Positions 1-10,197 are shown, counted from the stretch's first letter. The stretch: 59,384 nucleotides of DNA from Kiritimatiellia bacterium (GCA_029939545.1 JAOZSS010000002.1:1-59384), one strand, 5' to 3'. The notes: generated by a model not told the origin, from the sequence alone. Numbers and translations: made by a program.

Positions 1-776
1 GGCTGCTCGAGGAGTTTCCGGGTCGGCTCGAAATGGTCGACTACCTGCTGAAAAAAGGTATTGATGCCTTCCCCGGCGGAGAGAAGCGGTATTCCACGGA
101 CGGGAACCTGGCTGGGCTCTCGCATGAAGCCGAGGATCTGGAGAGTCTGGAAACGCCTGCCACCATCGTGGAGCCCACCATGGGTGTCTGGCCGGACCAG
201 GCCCCCGACGCGCCCGAGAACGTTGAGGTACGGTTCGAAAAGGGCCGTGCCATGGCGCTGAACGGGATCAGCATGGAGCCGCTCGAGCTGATGCAGGAGG
301 CCAACAAGATTGCCGGCCGGAACGGCGTGGGCTTCAAAAACGCGCTTGAGAACCGGATCATCGGAACCAAGAGCCGGGGTGTCTACGAAGCCCCGGGTAT
401 GGAATTGCTGGGAAGTACGCTGACGATGGTCTACCAGGCCACGATGGATCGGCGGGCGCTGGGACTGTTCCAGACGCTTTCAAAACTCGTGGCTGACCAG
501 GTGTACGACGGTCGGTACTACGACCCTTCGACCCGTGCCGCGCTGGCGGCAATCGACGTACTGGCGAGTGCGGCAACGGGTACCGTCAACGTAGCGCTCT
601 ACAAGGGCAACATCCTCTTCAACAGTCTGACAGCCTGTCCTGCTTCGCTCTACAACGAGGCGGATGCGTCAATGGAGGCGAGCGATGGCCTCAACCCGGC
701 AAGCTCACAAGGCTTCGCGGAAATCCAAAGCGTAGAAGCCCGCGCCCTGGCACACGCCGGCCAGATTCGGAAGTAG
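1..776 (+). CDS. argG: argininosuccinate synthase, C-terminal ~258 codons (5' end outside window)
   Basis: Frame-3 ORF is open to the window edge. Translation (YSTDGNLAGLSHEAEDLE, ENRIIGTKSRGVYEAPGMELL, GRYYDPSTRAAL) matches by eye the C-terminal half of E. coli-type (type 2) ArgG. Stop TAG 774-776. Confidence 0.9.
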   Translation, partial: LLEEFPGRLEMVDYLLKKGIDAFPGGEKRYSTDGNLAGLSHEAEDLESLETPATIVEPTMGVWPDQAPDAPENVEVRFEKGRAMALNGISMEPLELMQEANKIAGRNGVGFKNALENRIIGTKSRGVYEAPGMELLGSTLTMVYQATMDRRALGLFQTLSKLVADQVYDGRYYDPSTRAALAAIDVLASAATGTVNVALYKGNILFNSLTACPASLYNEADASMEASDGLNPASSQGFAEIQSVEARALAHAGQIRK

Positions 777-918
777 ATGGGGTGCCACCGCGTGGAGCGG
801 CGACCGGATCATCGTTCTGGAAGATGGCCGCATCACGCAGATGGCCCCCCATCACATTCTCATTGCGTGGGAAGGGCTAATTGCCATATCTACGAGTAAC
901 GGGACGCATGGTAGCTTT

Positions 919-3120
919 ATGACACAGCAATCGGCATCAGAATCGAAGGCAGGGAGGTTTGGCACCTTCGGAGGGGTGTTCACGCCCTGCACGTTGACGA
1001 TTCTGGGCGTGATCATGTTTCTCAGGTTCGGCATGGTGGTCGGGAACGCCGGCATCCTGCATGCCATAGGGATCGTGCTGGCCGCCAAGCTGATCACGAT
1101 GCTCACGGCTCTGTCTCTTTCCGCCATGGCCACCAATACACGCGTCCGGGGGGGCGGTGCCTATTTTCTGATCAGTCGGTCGCTGGGTATCGAGTTTGGC
1201 GGGGCGATCGGGGTGGTGTTCTATCTCTCGCAGGCCATATCCGTGGCGCTCTATATCATGGGCTTCACTGAGGCGCTGCTGGCTGTGGTGCCCTCTCTGG
1301 CGGCCATGCACGTGGTGACCGCAACGGCCATCAATGTGGCTGTCTTCGTCTGCGTCCTTATAGGGGCGGGATGGGCCATCAGGATTCAGTACGCTATTCT
1401 GGTGCTTCTATTGATGTCGATTGCCTCGTTTGCTGTCGGCGCCGTTACCTCCTGGAGCCCCCAATTGCTCGCTGAGAATATGGGTGCCAGCTATGAAGCA
1501 GGGCAGGGGTATTGGACGGTGTTTGCCATCTTCTTTCCTGCGGTCACCGGGATCATGGCCGGGGCCAACATGTCTGGCGATCTGAAGGATCCCGGGCGCT
1601 CTATCCCGCGCGGCACGCTATGGTCCATCGTGTTCACCGGCGCGGTGTATCTGGCCTTCGCTGTTTTGCTGGGGGGCGCAGCGGAACGGGCGGATTTGCA
1701 GGCGCATTCGATGATCGTGTCCAAGATCGCCTGGATTCCGGCCTTGATTGTCGCAGGTGTTTTTGCGGCGACTCTGTCGTCAGCCCTTGGCAGTATGATG
1801 GGCGCTCCACGTATCCTCCAGGCGTTGGCGCGTGATCGTGTCCTGCCTGTTTTGAGGCCATTCGGCAAGGGCAGCGGCCCGGCAGGCGAACCGCGGCGTG
1901 CCATCATCGCGTCATTCGCGATTGCACAGGCGGGGCTGATGCTGGGCGATCTAAACGCTATCGCGCCGGTGATCACGATGTTCTTCATGATCACTTACGG
2001 GGCTATCAACGTGGCAACTTTTGCGGAGGCCTATAGTGGCAACCCCAGCTACCGTCCGACGTTCCGTTGGTGTCACTGGTCGCTCTCCCTGGTGGGGGCC
2101 GTGCTGTGTGGCGGGGTGATGCTGCTGATCAATCCGTTGTGGGCGATCATCGCGGTGGTCACCATGTTTGCGATTCACCGCTATCTTGTGCGTCAGGAGT
2201 TGGAGGCGTCCTGGGGCGATGTTGTGAGCGGAGCGGTGCTTGAACGCGTGCGGCGAGACCTCTTGCTGCTCGAAGAGAATCACCACCATACCCGCAACTG
2301 GCGCCCTGCCATCCTGGTCTTGGGGGGGGGCACGACAGACAAGCTTCATTTGTCTTCTGTGGGACGGCGTCTTGCGGGGCCACATGGATTGCTCATGCTT
2401 GGCCAGGTGTTGGTGGGTAATCCGGATGAGCTGCTGGAGCGGCACACTCAACTGGAACACCGTTTGCGTAAACGGATAGCCGATAACCGGCTGGAGGCGT
2501 TCCCCTTGGTCATCATTGCGCCGTCGCTGACCGGTGGCGTATCGTCCTTGATCCAATCCGGCGGCATTGGGGCCGTGCGCCCCAATACGGTTCTTTTGGG
2601 CTGGAACAGCAACGTGGAGCAGCGGCCAGAGTTTGAGGAGAACCTCCGGACCGTCGTTCGGCTTGGGCGCAGCATGGTGATTTTGCGTGCGCTTGCCCCC
2701 CCCGACGATGTTCGGACGTTGCCTCCGGGCACCGTAGACGTGTGGTGGCAAGGCAAGGGGCCCAATGGCCACCTGATGCTGCTTCTGGCACATATTTTAT
2801 GCAGTACACATGATAGGCGCGGACGCACGATTCGACTGATTCGCATGCTGCCGAACGAAGCAGGGCGAGAGGAGACGCTGGCGCATCTCAGGCAGCTTTC
2901 AGACGAGGTGCGTATTCCCTGTGAAGCCGTTGTTGTGATCGGCCCTGCCTTCTCGCCCATGCTGCTCTCAGAGAGCGCAGGCGCCGCGCTCGTATTGCTT
3001 GGCATTGCCGACCCGTGCGAACATGAAGGCGGGTTCGTGGATCACCTGAATGCGCTCGTCGGCGATCTTCCGAATGTTCTGTTCGTGTATAGCGCCGGCG
3101 GCATGAGCCTGCATGTCTGA
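919..3120 (+). CDS. cation-chloride cotransporter-like permease (APC superfamily, SLC12/CCC type)
   Basis: Multi-TM amino-acid-permease-like N-terminal half (FGTFGGVFTPCTLTILGVIMFLRFG). Large cytosolic C-terminal domain begins with NWRPAILVLGG, as in SLC12 C-termini. The first 26 codons of the ORF (from 841) look non-native, so ATG 919 is preferred. Confidence 0.75.
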   Translation: MTQQSASESKAGRFGTFGGVFTPCTLTILGVIMFLRFGMVVGNAGILHAIGIVLAAKLITMLTALSLSAMATNTRVRGGGAYFLISRSLGIEFGGAIGVVFYLSQAISVALYIMGFTEALLAVVPSLAAMHVVTATAINVAVFVCVLIGAGWAIRIQYAILVLLLMSIASFAVGAVTSWSPQLLAENMGASYEAGQGYWTVFAIFFPAVTGIMAGANMSGDLKDPGRSIPRGTLWSIVFTGAVYLAFAVLLGGAAERADLQAHSMIVSKIAWIPALIVAGVFAATLSSALGSMMGAPRILQALARDRVLPVLRPFGKGSGPAGEPRRAIIASFAIAQAGLMLGDLNAIAPVITMFFMITYGAINVATFAEAYSGNPSYRPTFRWCHWSLSLVGAVLCGGVMLLINPLWAIIAVVTMFAIHRYLVRQELEASWGDVVSGAVLERVRRDLLLLEENHHHTRNWRPAILVLGGGTTDKLHLSSVGRRLAGPHGLLMLGQVLVGNPDELLERHTQLEHRLRKRIADNRLEAFPLVIIAPSLTGGVSSLIQSGGIGAVRPNTVLLGWNSNVEQRPEFEENLRTVVRLGRSMVILRALAPPDDVRTLPPGTVDVWWQGKGPNGHLMLLLAHILCSTHDRRGRTIRLIRMLPNEAGREETLAHLRQLSDEVRIPCEAVVVIGPAFSPMLLSESAGAALVLLGIADPCEHEGGFVDHLNALVGDLPNVLFVYSAGGMSLHV

Positions 3121-3125
3121 GCACT

Positions 3126-4574
3126 CTACCTCTTCCAGAATCCCGGTAGCAGGACAATCAAGACCGTATAGAGCTCTAGTCGGCCCAATAGCATCAGGAG
3201 CGTCAGAAACACCTTGCCACCTGCTGGGATCGCGCTGTAGTTCTGAACCGCCCCTACGCCACCCAGTCCCGGCCCGATATTGCCGAGTGTCGCGATGACC
3301 GATGTCACCGCGGTCTGCAGGTCCGGCGTGAACAGCGTCATCACCAGGGAGCCGACCGCAAACACCAGCACAAATACGATGAAGAATCCCGAGATGTGAG
3401 AGATCACTTCCTGCGGTATGGGCTCGCCGCCGATCTTCACCTTCACGACCGCCTGCGGCTGCATGAAGAGCGTTATTTCACGTACAACTTTCTTAAGGAG
3501 GACCAACACGCGTATGTTCTTCATGCCGCCGCCCGTCGAACCGGCGCAGCCACCGATGAACATAAGGAGCACGAGCACCACCTTCGTTGCACCCGGCCAG
3601 AGGTCGAAGTCCTCTGTGCAGAAGCCTGTCGTCGTCATAATGGATGTCGACTGGAAAAACGCCGCCCGAACGGCGTGCCCGAAGGATGGATAGACAGTGC
3701 GGTAAATGCTCAGAATGATCATGACCGTCGCCGTCAGCCAGGCCCCGAGGTAGAAGCGGAACTCGGGATCGCGGAAGTAGCACAGCGGCCGACCGAGCAA
3801 CGCGCGATAGTTCAGTGCAAAATTGGTGCCCGCCAGAAACATAAACACGATGATGACGGTCTCGATGTAAGGGCTGTTGTAGGCGGCCACGCTGGCGCTT
3901 CGTGTGGAGAATCCTCCGGTTGCCATGGTGGCAAAGGCATGGCAGAAGGCGTCAAACCAGTCCATGCCGCCCAGGCGGAGCAGGGCGGCTTCGGCTACGC
4001 AGAGGAACACGTAAACACCCCACAGGAGTTTGGCCGTGGTCGCGATGCGAGGCGTCAGGCGGTCCTTCGACGGGCCGGGCATTTCGGCCCGGTAGATCTG
4101 CATGCCGCCTACGCCGAGAAAAGGGAGGATCGCCACACAGAGGACCAACACCCCCATGCCGCCGAAGAAATGGGTCATCGCACGCCAGAACAGAACGCCG
4201 CGGGGCACGGCCTCCAAGTTGGACAGCACGGATGCCCCCGTGGTTGTGAATCCCGACATCGTTTCGAATAGTGCGTCCGTCGGGCTGGTGATGACGCCGG
4301 TCAGCATGAAGGGCAATGAACCCAGAATGGCTGCTGCCAGCCAGCCGAAGGTTACGATCCCGAACCCGTCCCGTCGCGACAGCTCCACCGGCCCCCGCGT
4401 CAGAAGGAAGAGCACTATCCCTGTTGCCAGTACAATGCCGGACGATGCCAGCATGCCGATCCGCGCCTGCCACGGATCTGCATAGTGCCAGGCAATGCCC
4501 GCGCACAGGCCGATGGCCATGCCCAATACGGCCAACATAATCGCAATGAGGTGCAATACCGGTCTCAGGTTCAT
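3126..4574 (-). CDS. trkH: TrkH/KtrB-family K+ uptake membrane subunit
   Basis: 482-aa polytopic protein with repeated M1-P-M2 units and selectivity-filter-like TTTGF/MATGGF/GSTGGG motifs. Lies directly downstream of trkA. Confidence 0.85.
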   Translation of the reverse strand: MNLRPVLHLIAIMLAVLGMAIGLCAGIAWHYADPWQARIGMLASSGIVLATGIVLFLLTRGPVELSRRDGFGIVTFGWLAAAILGSLPFMLTGVITSPTDALFETMSGFTTTGASVLSNLEAVPRGVLFWRAMTHFFGGMGVLVLCVAILPFLGVGGMQIYRAEMPGPSKDRLTPRIATTAKLLWGVYVFLCVAEAALLRLGGMDWFDAFCHAFATMATGGFSTRSASVAAYNSPYIETVIIVFMFLAGTNFALNYRALLGRPLCYFRDPEFRFYLGAWLTATVMIILSIYRTVYPSFGHAVRAAFFQSTSIMTTTGFCTEDFDLWPGATKVVLVLLMFIGGCAGSTGGGMKNIRVLVLLKKVVREITLFMQPQAVVKVKIGGEPIPQEVISHISGFFIVFVLVFAVGSLVMTLFTPDLQTAVTSVIATLGNIGPGLGGVGAVQNYSAIPAGGKVFLTLLMLLGRLELYTVLIVLLPGFWKR

Positions 4575-4639
4575 GATCAGTGTTCTGTTCTTGTGTTGTT
4601 ACCCGCCACGCCCGGCACAAGGTGCCGGGCGCACTCTGG

Positions 4640-6085
4640 TTATCTCTTGAACATGTTCTGCACGCGTCCGACATCTGCCGGCAGGGCAAAGATGACGAGT
4701 TGGTCACCTTCCTCCAAGGTCAGATCGCCGGTGGGGATATGGATCGTGTCTCCCCGCAGTACTGTGGCAATTAGGCATTCGCCGGGCATTTTCAGCTGGC
4801 TGATGGGCTTGCCTGCCCAGCGGTGCCCTTCTCGTACCACAACGTGCAGCAGTTCGCCTGGTGCCTTGTGCAGCCAGGTGGCCGCCCGGACATGTTTGCC
4901 TCGAACGAAATGCAGGATCGCGTTAGTCATGGATAGGTGCGGACTCACCACCCGGCTGAGGAGCCCGAGGTTGCGGATCACCGGTACATATTCGGGTTTT
5001 GAGACCAGTGCCACCGTGAGGGGCGCGCCCAGCTTATTGGCGAGCATGCAGCTAATAATGTTGAGTTCCTCGTCCTCGGTGATGGCGATAAAGGCCGTGT
5101 TCGTTCCGAGGCCCGCGTTTACCAGCATCTCCTGATCGGAGGCGTCACCATGCAGCACCAGCGTCTTGTGCAGAACATCGCAACACTCCTCGGCCCGCGT
5201 GGCGTCCCGCTCAAGCAGCACCGCCGGAATCGACGCGGCTTCCAGTCTGCGAGCCAAATCCAAGCCCAACCCCCCGCCGCCGGCGATCACGCTCTTGCCG
5301 AAGGCATGTCTGCCCGGATAGACCCAGTCAAGGAACTGACTCAAATCACCAGGCAGCACGGCCACATAGAGGTCGTCGCCGACCTCAAAACGTGCGTTAC
5401 CACGGGGCAGAAAGGAAACATCGCCCCGCAAAGCTGTGATGAATCGTACCCGTGCGATGAGATTCGCCACGGCCCCGTCTGTGTCTGCCTGGGCGGGCAT
5501 TTGTCGGACCTCTGAGACACTCGTCGCACCTGAATCAGGTGTCGTCTCTTCCGCTGTGGCGTGCGCCACACTCAGGTCGGCCAATGTGCCGTTGAGGAGT
5601 GGACTCGCCGGGCGTACCTGAACACGGGCAATCAGCGCTCGCCCTTCAAGCAGCCAAACCGACTCGAGCAGTCCGGGATTCTTGATGATTTCGAACAGTT
5701 CATCCGCAGCCTCTTGATTCTGGCAGACCAGGCAATCGACACCAAGCCGCTTGTAGTCGAGTAGTGGAGACTCCAGCAAGGCCGGGTTCACGATACGGGC
5801 CACCGTGTTTGCCACGCCGGCCTCGCGCGCACAGATACAGGCCAGCAGGTTGACTTCATCGGAGTTTGTGACGGCGATCAGTAGATCGGCTTTGGCTAGT
5901 TCGGCCTTCTCGAGCACATCGGGTGACGATCCTGATCCTATGACCGTCATGATGTCGAGCTGGGCCTCAAGGGAGGCAAGCCGCTCCGGGACCTTGTCGA
6001 CAACGACGACCTCGTGCGACATATCGCCCAGTTCCGCCGCGAGGTGACGTCCCGCATTTCCGGCTCCAATGATCAGTATTCTCAT
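4640..6085 (-). CDS. trkA: TrkA K+ uptake regulatory subunit (tandem RCK_N/RCK_C)
   Basis: MRILIIGAGNAGRHLA Rossmann motif, then a second GGGGLG Rossmann half. ATG 6085 is chosen over ORF start 6118 because it places the GxGxxG at the N-terminus. Confidence 0.85.
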   Translation of the reverse strand: MRILIIGAGNAGRHLAAELGDMSHEVVVVDKVPERLASLEAQLDIMTVIGSGSSPDVLEKAELAKADLLIAVTNSDEVNLLACICAREAGVANTVARIVNPALLESPLLDYKRLGVDCLVCQNQEAADELFEIIKNPGLLESVWLLEGRALIARVQVRPASPLLNGTLADLSVAHATAEETTPDSGATSVSEVRQMPAQADTDGAVANLIARVRFITALRGDVSFLPRGNARFEVGDDLYVAVLPGDLSQFLDWVYPGRHAFGKSVIAGGGGLGLDLARRLEAASIPAVLLERDATRAEECCDVLHKTLVLHGDASDQEMLVNAGLGTNTAFIAITEDEELNIISCMLANKLGAPLTVALVSKPEYVPVIRNLGLLSRVVSPHLSMTNAILHFVRGKHVRAATWLHKAPGELLHVVVREGHRWAGKPISQLKMPGECLIATVLRGDTIHIPTGDLTLEEGDQLVIFALPADVGRVQNMFKR

Positions 6086-6386
6086 CCGACACTGTCCTTC
6101 CCTGCTGCTCCAGTGCATGCATTAATCAGGTGAGCATATCCCATACTGTAAGGCCACGTCACCCGTAAATCCCGTGCCTTCGCTGAAGCGGGGTACATCC
6201 TTCGTTCCTCTGTAGTCGTTGCCATATCAGTGCTGCAACAGAAAATTGGAGAGGTGGCCGCCGAGCGAATAGATCGGGTTGGATGGCCTGCCATCCGAAG
6301 CTCGCCTTCTGGCAAGACACAGGCCCCCCGTCGCCCTTTGGGCTATGGATGGCATCCTTCACTCTTGCTACGTTGCGAGCGAAGGA

Positions 6387-6462
6387 TGGTGGCGAGACGC
6401 GGAATTGAACCGCGGACACGTGGATTTTCAGTCCACTGCTCTACCAACTGAGCTATCTCGCC
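6387..6462 (-). tRNA. tRNA-Phe (anticodon GAA), CCA encoded
   Basis: Minus-strand sequence GGCGAGATAGCTCAGTTGGTAGAGCAGTGGACTGAAAATCCACGTGTCCGCGGTTCAATTCCGCGTCTCGCCACCA folds as a canonical cloverleaf. It has a 7-bp acceptor stem, GCTC/GAGC D stem, CTGAAAA anticodon loop and GGTTCAATTCC T arm. Confidence 0.92.
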
Positions 6463-6492
6463 ATGACAGAAACGGCTGGCAATGTACCGTGG

Positions 6493-6861
6493 TCAGGTAT
6501 CGGAATCAACCCCTTTTTGCCCCGATTCCCCACGCGGAAGTCCCTCGCCTGGCTTGGAGCCCTGTGACGCTTTCTCGTGCAGGAGGTGGCGTATGCTCTG
6601 GACCGGGTGGTGCAGGAGCATGCGGGGGCCTGCGTAGCGCATGACGGCGGTGATACGTTCGCGCATCTCGGGGCTGTAGCAGAGGATGGGACAGTGGCGG
6701 CAGGTCGGTTTGTCCTCGCCATAGGGGCAGCGAGTCAGTCGATCGAGGGCGTAGTCCAGCAGCGCGCTGCAATCCTCACACAGGGGATCGGGATGGCCCT
6801 GTCCTTTACAGTACAGGTGAATCATTGAGCGGAGAGACGCTTGTTCCTTCTCGAGGCTCAT
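6493..6861 (-). CDS. Cys-rich protein of the nitrous-oxide-stimulated-promoter (YgbA-like) family
   Basis: 122 aa with the pattern LYCKGQGH...LCEDC...CPYGEDKPTCRHCPILCYSPEMRERITAVMRYAGPRM typical of that family as I recall it. Family name is from memory. Confidence 0.55.
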   Translation of the reverse strand: MSLEKEQASLRSMIHLYCKGQGHPDPLCEDCSALLDYALDRLTRCPYGEDKPTCRHCPILCYSPEMRERITAVMRYAGPRMLLHHPVQSIRHLLHEKASQGSKPGEGLPRGESGQKGVDSDT

Positions 6862-6865
6862 GGGC

Positions 6866-7930
6866 TCAGAACCAGCGTTTGCGCTTGAAGAAGATGGTCA
6901 TGCCGATGGCCATCGTGATCATGATGGACCAGGCCATTGCGTAGCCCCATGGCCACTTGAGTTCCGGCATCACTTCGAAGTTCATGCCGTAGATCCCCGC
7001 GACGAACGTGAGCGGCATGAAGATGGTTGCGATGACGGTCAGCACGCGCATCACCTCGTTCATCCGGTTGCTGACGACGGTCATGTAGATGTCGAGCGTA
7101 CCGGAGAGCATGTCGCGCAGCGACTCCAGGTTGTCGATGATCTGGATGGTGTGGCCGTAGACATTGCGGATATAGGGTGCCAGTTTTTCATCGATCAGCT
7201 TGTTCTCGGCCGACTCGAGGTTGCCGACCATCTCGCGCAGCGGCCACAGGCACTTGCGCAGGTAGACCATCTCGCGTTTGAGCTGGTGAATCTCGGTGAG
7301 CGTTTCCGGTTTGGCCTTGGCAGTAACTGCGTCGTGCAGGGCCTCGATCCGGTCGCCCAGGGCTTCCAGCACGGCGAAGTAGTTGTCCACAATGGAGTCG
7401 ACGAGCGCATAGGCAAGATAGTCGCACCCCTCCTCGCGAATGCGGCCGGCGGAGGTGCGGATGCGCTCACGGATGCGGTCGAAGACATCGTCCCTGACTT
7501 CCTGAAAGGTCAGCACATAGTTGGTGCCCAGCACCATGCTGATTTGTTCGGCCACCACGCCGTCATCGTCTTCGGGACGGTAGAGCATCTTGAGCGCCAT
7601 GAAGATGTAATCAGCGTGATCCTCCATCTTGGGGCGCTGGCCGGTGTTGGCGACATCTTCGAGAACAAGCGGGTGGAGGCCGAACGCATCGCCGATTTCC
7701 TGCAGCAGGTCGGTGTCGTGCAGGCCGACCACATTAATCCAGGTGACGGACGACTTGCCGACATAGGCCTGGCAGTCGGCAGCGGAGGTGAGGATCTCCT
7801 CCTTGATCTCCGTGGCGTTGTAGTCGATCACGGTGATCTGGGCCTGCTCAACACGTTGATCACCGAGGTAGACGACCGTTCCCGGCGGAAGGCCGGCCAC
7901 ACCGGCATGTTTTTTCAGAAGGCTATCCAT
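6866..7930 (-). CDS. corA: CorA Mg2+/Co2+ transporter
   Basis: 354 aa. C-terminal two TM helices carry the signature YGMNFEVMPELKWPWGY. Confidence 0.9.
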   Translation of the reverse strand: MDSLLKKHAGVAGLPPGTVVYLGDQRVEQAQITVIDYNATEIKEEILTSAADCQAYVGKSSVTWINVVGLHDTDLLQEIGDAFGLHPLVLEDVANTGQRPKMEDHADYIFMALKMLYRPEDDDGVVAEQISMVLGTNYVLTFQEVRDDVFDRIRERIRTSAGRIREEGCDYLAYALVDSIVDNYFAVLEALGDRIEALHDAVTAKAKPETLTEIHQLKREMVYLRKCLWPLREMVGNLESAENKLIDEKLAPYIRNVYGHTIQIIDNLESLRDMLSGTLDIYMTVVSNRMNEVMRVLTVIATIFMPLTFVAGIYGMNFEVMPELKWPWGYAMAWSIMITMAIGMTIFFKRKRWF

Positions 7931-8052
7931 AACGTATCTCCTGTACCGGCGCAGTCTGGCACAGGGGGGCGAGCCAAACCAGAGGAAAAGAGACGAGCCC
8001 GCGGGCGTAATTCATTGATCCAGGGCTCCAAATCCGGTAGACAAGACCCACG

Positions 8053-8649
8053 ATGATTACTTTTCTTAATGGGAATGTTGCGGAGAAGCAGCCTACGCGG
8101 CTGGTGATGGATGTGCAGGGGGTGGGATATGAGGTGTTTATCCCGCTCTGTACCTACGACCGGTTGCCTGCGATCGGTGAGCGATGCAAGGTGTTGACGC
8201 ATGACTATGTCCGTGAGGATGCGCGACAGCTCTTCGGGTTCATGTCTGAGGATGACCGCGATACGTTCCGGCTTCTGCTGGGGATTAGTGGCATCGGGCC
8301 CAAGATTGCGCTCAGCGCGCTCAGCGGTCTGTCGGCACGTGATCTGAAGGCCGCCGTGGTGGAAGGTGACGTTAAGCGGCTTAGTTCCATCTCGGGGATC
8401 GGTAAGCGTACGGCTGAACGCATGGTCGTGGAGCTACGCAGCCGGATCAAGCCGGGTGAGGCGCTCGAGGCGGTTGCGGGCGGCGACCCCAACTCGCCGG
8501 GCAACATCCGCTTGCGCGATACGGTGTTGGCCTTGATTGCGCTGGGCTACCAACAGGACGCGGCGCGCAAGATGGCCATGCAGGCGTTGAAGGGCGGCGA
8601 TGACCTGGGTGTCGAAGAGCTGATCAAGCGGGCGCTGGGAGGACGATAG
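8053..8649 (+). CDS. ruvA: Holliday junction branch-migration complex subunit RuvA
   Basis: MITFLNG...VGYEVFIP OB-fold start, two HhH motifs (GISGIGPKIALSALSG, ISGIGKRTAERMVVEL) and a C-terminal domain III. Immediately followed by ruvB. Confidence 0.9.
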   Translation: MITFLNGNVAEKQPTRLVMDVQGVGYEVFIPLCTYDRLPAIGERCKVLTHDYVREDARQLFGFMSEDDRDTFRLLLGISGIGPKIALSALSGLSARDLKAAVVEGDVKRLSSISGIGKRTAERMVVELRSRIKPGEALEAVAGGDPNSPGNIRLRDTVLALIALGYQQDAARKMAMQALKGGDDLGVEELIKRALGGR

Positions 8650-9666
8650 GTGAGTGATGACCGAACACTGGGGACCCTGAACAGCCGCGACAACGACTTT
8701 GAGCTGAGTGTGCGGCCGACGCGGTTCGAGGATTTTGCCGGCCAGGAGAAGGTGAAAGAGCGTCTGGAGTTGGCCGTCGATGCCGCGCGTCAACGCGAGG
8801 ACGTCCTCGACCACGTCTTGCTGTCGGGACCGCCTGGACTGGGCAAGACCACGCTGGCCTACATCATTGCCGAGGCGATGGGCAGCGCCATCAAGGTGAC
8901 GTCCGGCCCGATCATCGATAAACCCGGCGACCTGGCGGGGCTGCTCACCAACCTCGAGCGCGGTGACGTACTCTTCATCGACGAGATCCACCGCATGCAG
9001 AAGACGGTCGAGGAGTATCTCTATGCCGCGATGGAGGATTTCGTCCTCGATATCATGATTGACCAGGGGCCCAATGCCCGCTCGGTCCGGATTGAACTGC
9101 CGCGGTTCACGCTCCTGGGGGCCACGACACGCAGCGGACTGATCTCGTCGCCACTGCGTTCCCGGTTCGGGATCACCGACCGGCTCGATTACTATGATGC
9201 GGCAACCCTGCAACATATCGTCGAACGCACCGCCCGCATCCTCGATATCGAGGTGGAATCGGATGGCTCCATGGAGATCGCCCGCCGCTCGCGCGGCACC
9301 CCGCGTATCACGAACAACCTGCTTCGCCGCGTGCGCGATTACGCGCAGGTTCGGGCCGACAACCGCGTCACGCGGGAGGTGGCCGACAAGGCGTTAGCCA
9401 TGCTGGATATCGATGAGCAGGGGCTGGACGATATGGATAAGCGCATCCTCGAGACAATCATCCACAAGTTCTCGGGCGGCCCGGTGGGGCTCAACTCATT
9501 GGCGGTGTCCGTGGGCGAGGAGGCCGACACGATCGAAGATGTCTACGAACCCTACCTCATCCAGGAAGGATACCTGAAGCGCACCGCCCAGGGCCGCGTA
9601 GCAACCGATCTCTGTTACGAACGACTCGGGCTGAAACCGAACCAGGCGCAACAGCGACTACTGTAA
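8650..9666 (+). CDS. ruvB: Holliday junction ATP-dependent DNA helicase RuvB
   Basis: [19 protein letters not shown], Walker [12 protein letters not shown], Walker [13 protein letters not shown] start abuts the ruvA stop. Confidence 0.95.
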   Translation: MSDDRTLGTLNSRDNDFELSVRPTRFEDFAGQEKVKERLELAVDAARQREDVLDHVLLSGPPGLGKTTLAYIIAEAMGSAIKVTSGPIIDKPGDLAGLLTNLERGDVLFIDEIHRMQKTVEEYLYAAMEDFVLDIMIDQGPNARSVRIELPRFTLLGATTRSGLISSPLRSRFGITDRLDYYDAATLQHIVERTARILDIEVESDGSMEIARRSRGTPRITNNLLRRVRDYAQVRADNRVTREVADKALAMLDIDEQGLDDMDKRILETIIHKFSGGPVGLNSLAVSVGEEADTIEDVYEPYLIQEGYLKRTAQGRVATDLCYERLGLKPNQAQQRLL

Positions 9667-9671
9667 GACGC

Positions 9672-9699
9672 CCTGAACCTTGAACCCTGAACCTTGAAC
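9672..9699 (+). repeat. tandem 14-mer CCTGAACCTTGAAC x2 (heptad-periodic YYTGAAC), degenerating into CTGGTCAACC
   Basis: Read directly. Lies between the ruvB stop (9666) and the NusG-paralog start (9712). The ORF-track TTG start 9694 falls inside it. Confidence 0.9.
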
Positions 9700-9711
9700 C
9701 TGGTCAACCTC

Positions 9712-10197
9712 ATGTCTTGGTGTGTTATACATGTGAAACCGCGCTGTGAGAAGAAGATCGCGAAGTGCTGTAGTGTCCTCGGCATTGAGTACTTTCTTCC
9801 GCTGCGCTCAGAGACCAAGATCTACCAGCGCCGCAAGGTCACGGCCGAGAAGCCGATCTTTCCGGGCTATGTCTTTGCCTCGTTCGACCGGCAGCAGCGC
9901 TTGAGCCTGCTGAAGACCAACCAGATCGTTCGCTTCCTGGAGACGGACGATGAGGCGCGCCTGGTCCATGAGCTGGAGCAGGTCCGCAAGGCGCTGTCCG
10001 TGGATCCGTCGCTCGGTTCGGATGCCGCATTGAAGGCGGGGACTGCCGTACGTATCACGGGCGGCCCGTTCATGGGCGTGGAGGGCTGGGTGCAGGAGAT
10101 GCGCAGCCACAGCAAGGTCTGCCTCAGCGTTGACATGATCGGTCAGGCCGTCGTTGTCGAAGTCGCGCGGGACTATCTTGATCTGATCGATGTTTGA
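9712..10197 (+). CDS. NusG/RfaH-like transcription antitermination paralog (UpxY-like)
   Basis: WCVIHVKPRCEKK...FLPL...KPIFPGYVFA NGN domain plus a C-terminal KOW-like GTAVRITGGPFMGVEGWV. Start ambiguous (TTG 9694 or ATG 9712). Confidence 0.6.
   Translation: MSWCVIHVKPRCEKKIAKCCSVLGIEYFLPLRSETKIYQRRKVTAEKPIFPGYVFASFDRQQRLSLLKTNQIVRFLETDDEARLVHELEQVRKALSVDPSLGSDAALKAGTAVRITGGPFMGVEGWVQEMRSHSKVCLSVDMIGQAVVVEVARDYLDLIDV

Noticed and set aside
6086-6386. A 300-nt leader upstream of trkA-trkH might be a c-di-AMP (ydaO-type) or other K+-related riboswitch
   Set aside because: Reading the minus strand, I could not find the conserved ydaO cores (e.g. GGGGACCCA... / ...CAGCUAACCUCGUAAGCG), only small local hairpins (GGATGGC/GCCATCC). 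A covariance-model scan (Rfam RF00379) would settle it.
6387-6462. tRNA-Phe as an integration hotspot for a genomic island
   Set aside because: There is no integrase, no direct repeat of the tRNA 3' end, and no compositional break. The flanking genes are trkA and a small Cys-rich protein/corA.
7931-8052. Possible M-box Mg2+ riboswitch upstream of corA
   Set aside because: Only about 120 nt is shared with the divergent ruvA promoter. This is too short for an M-box (about 160 nt), and no recognisable conserved segments were seen.
6860-8056. 398-aa ORF on the plus strand
   Set aside because: It is the antisense shadow of corA. Its His/Asp/Gly/Val-rich low-complexity translation is typical of reverse frames in high-GC genes. 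The minus-strand frame carries the CorA GMN signature.
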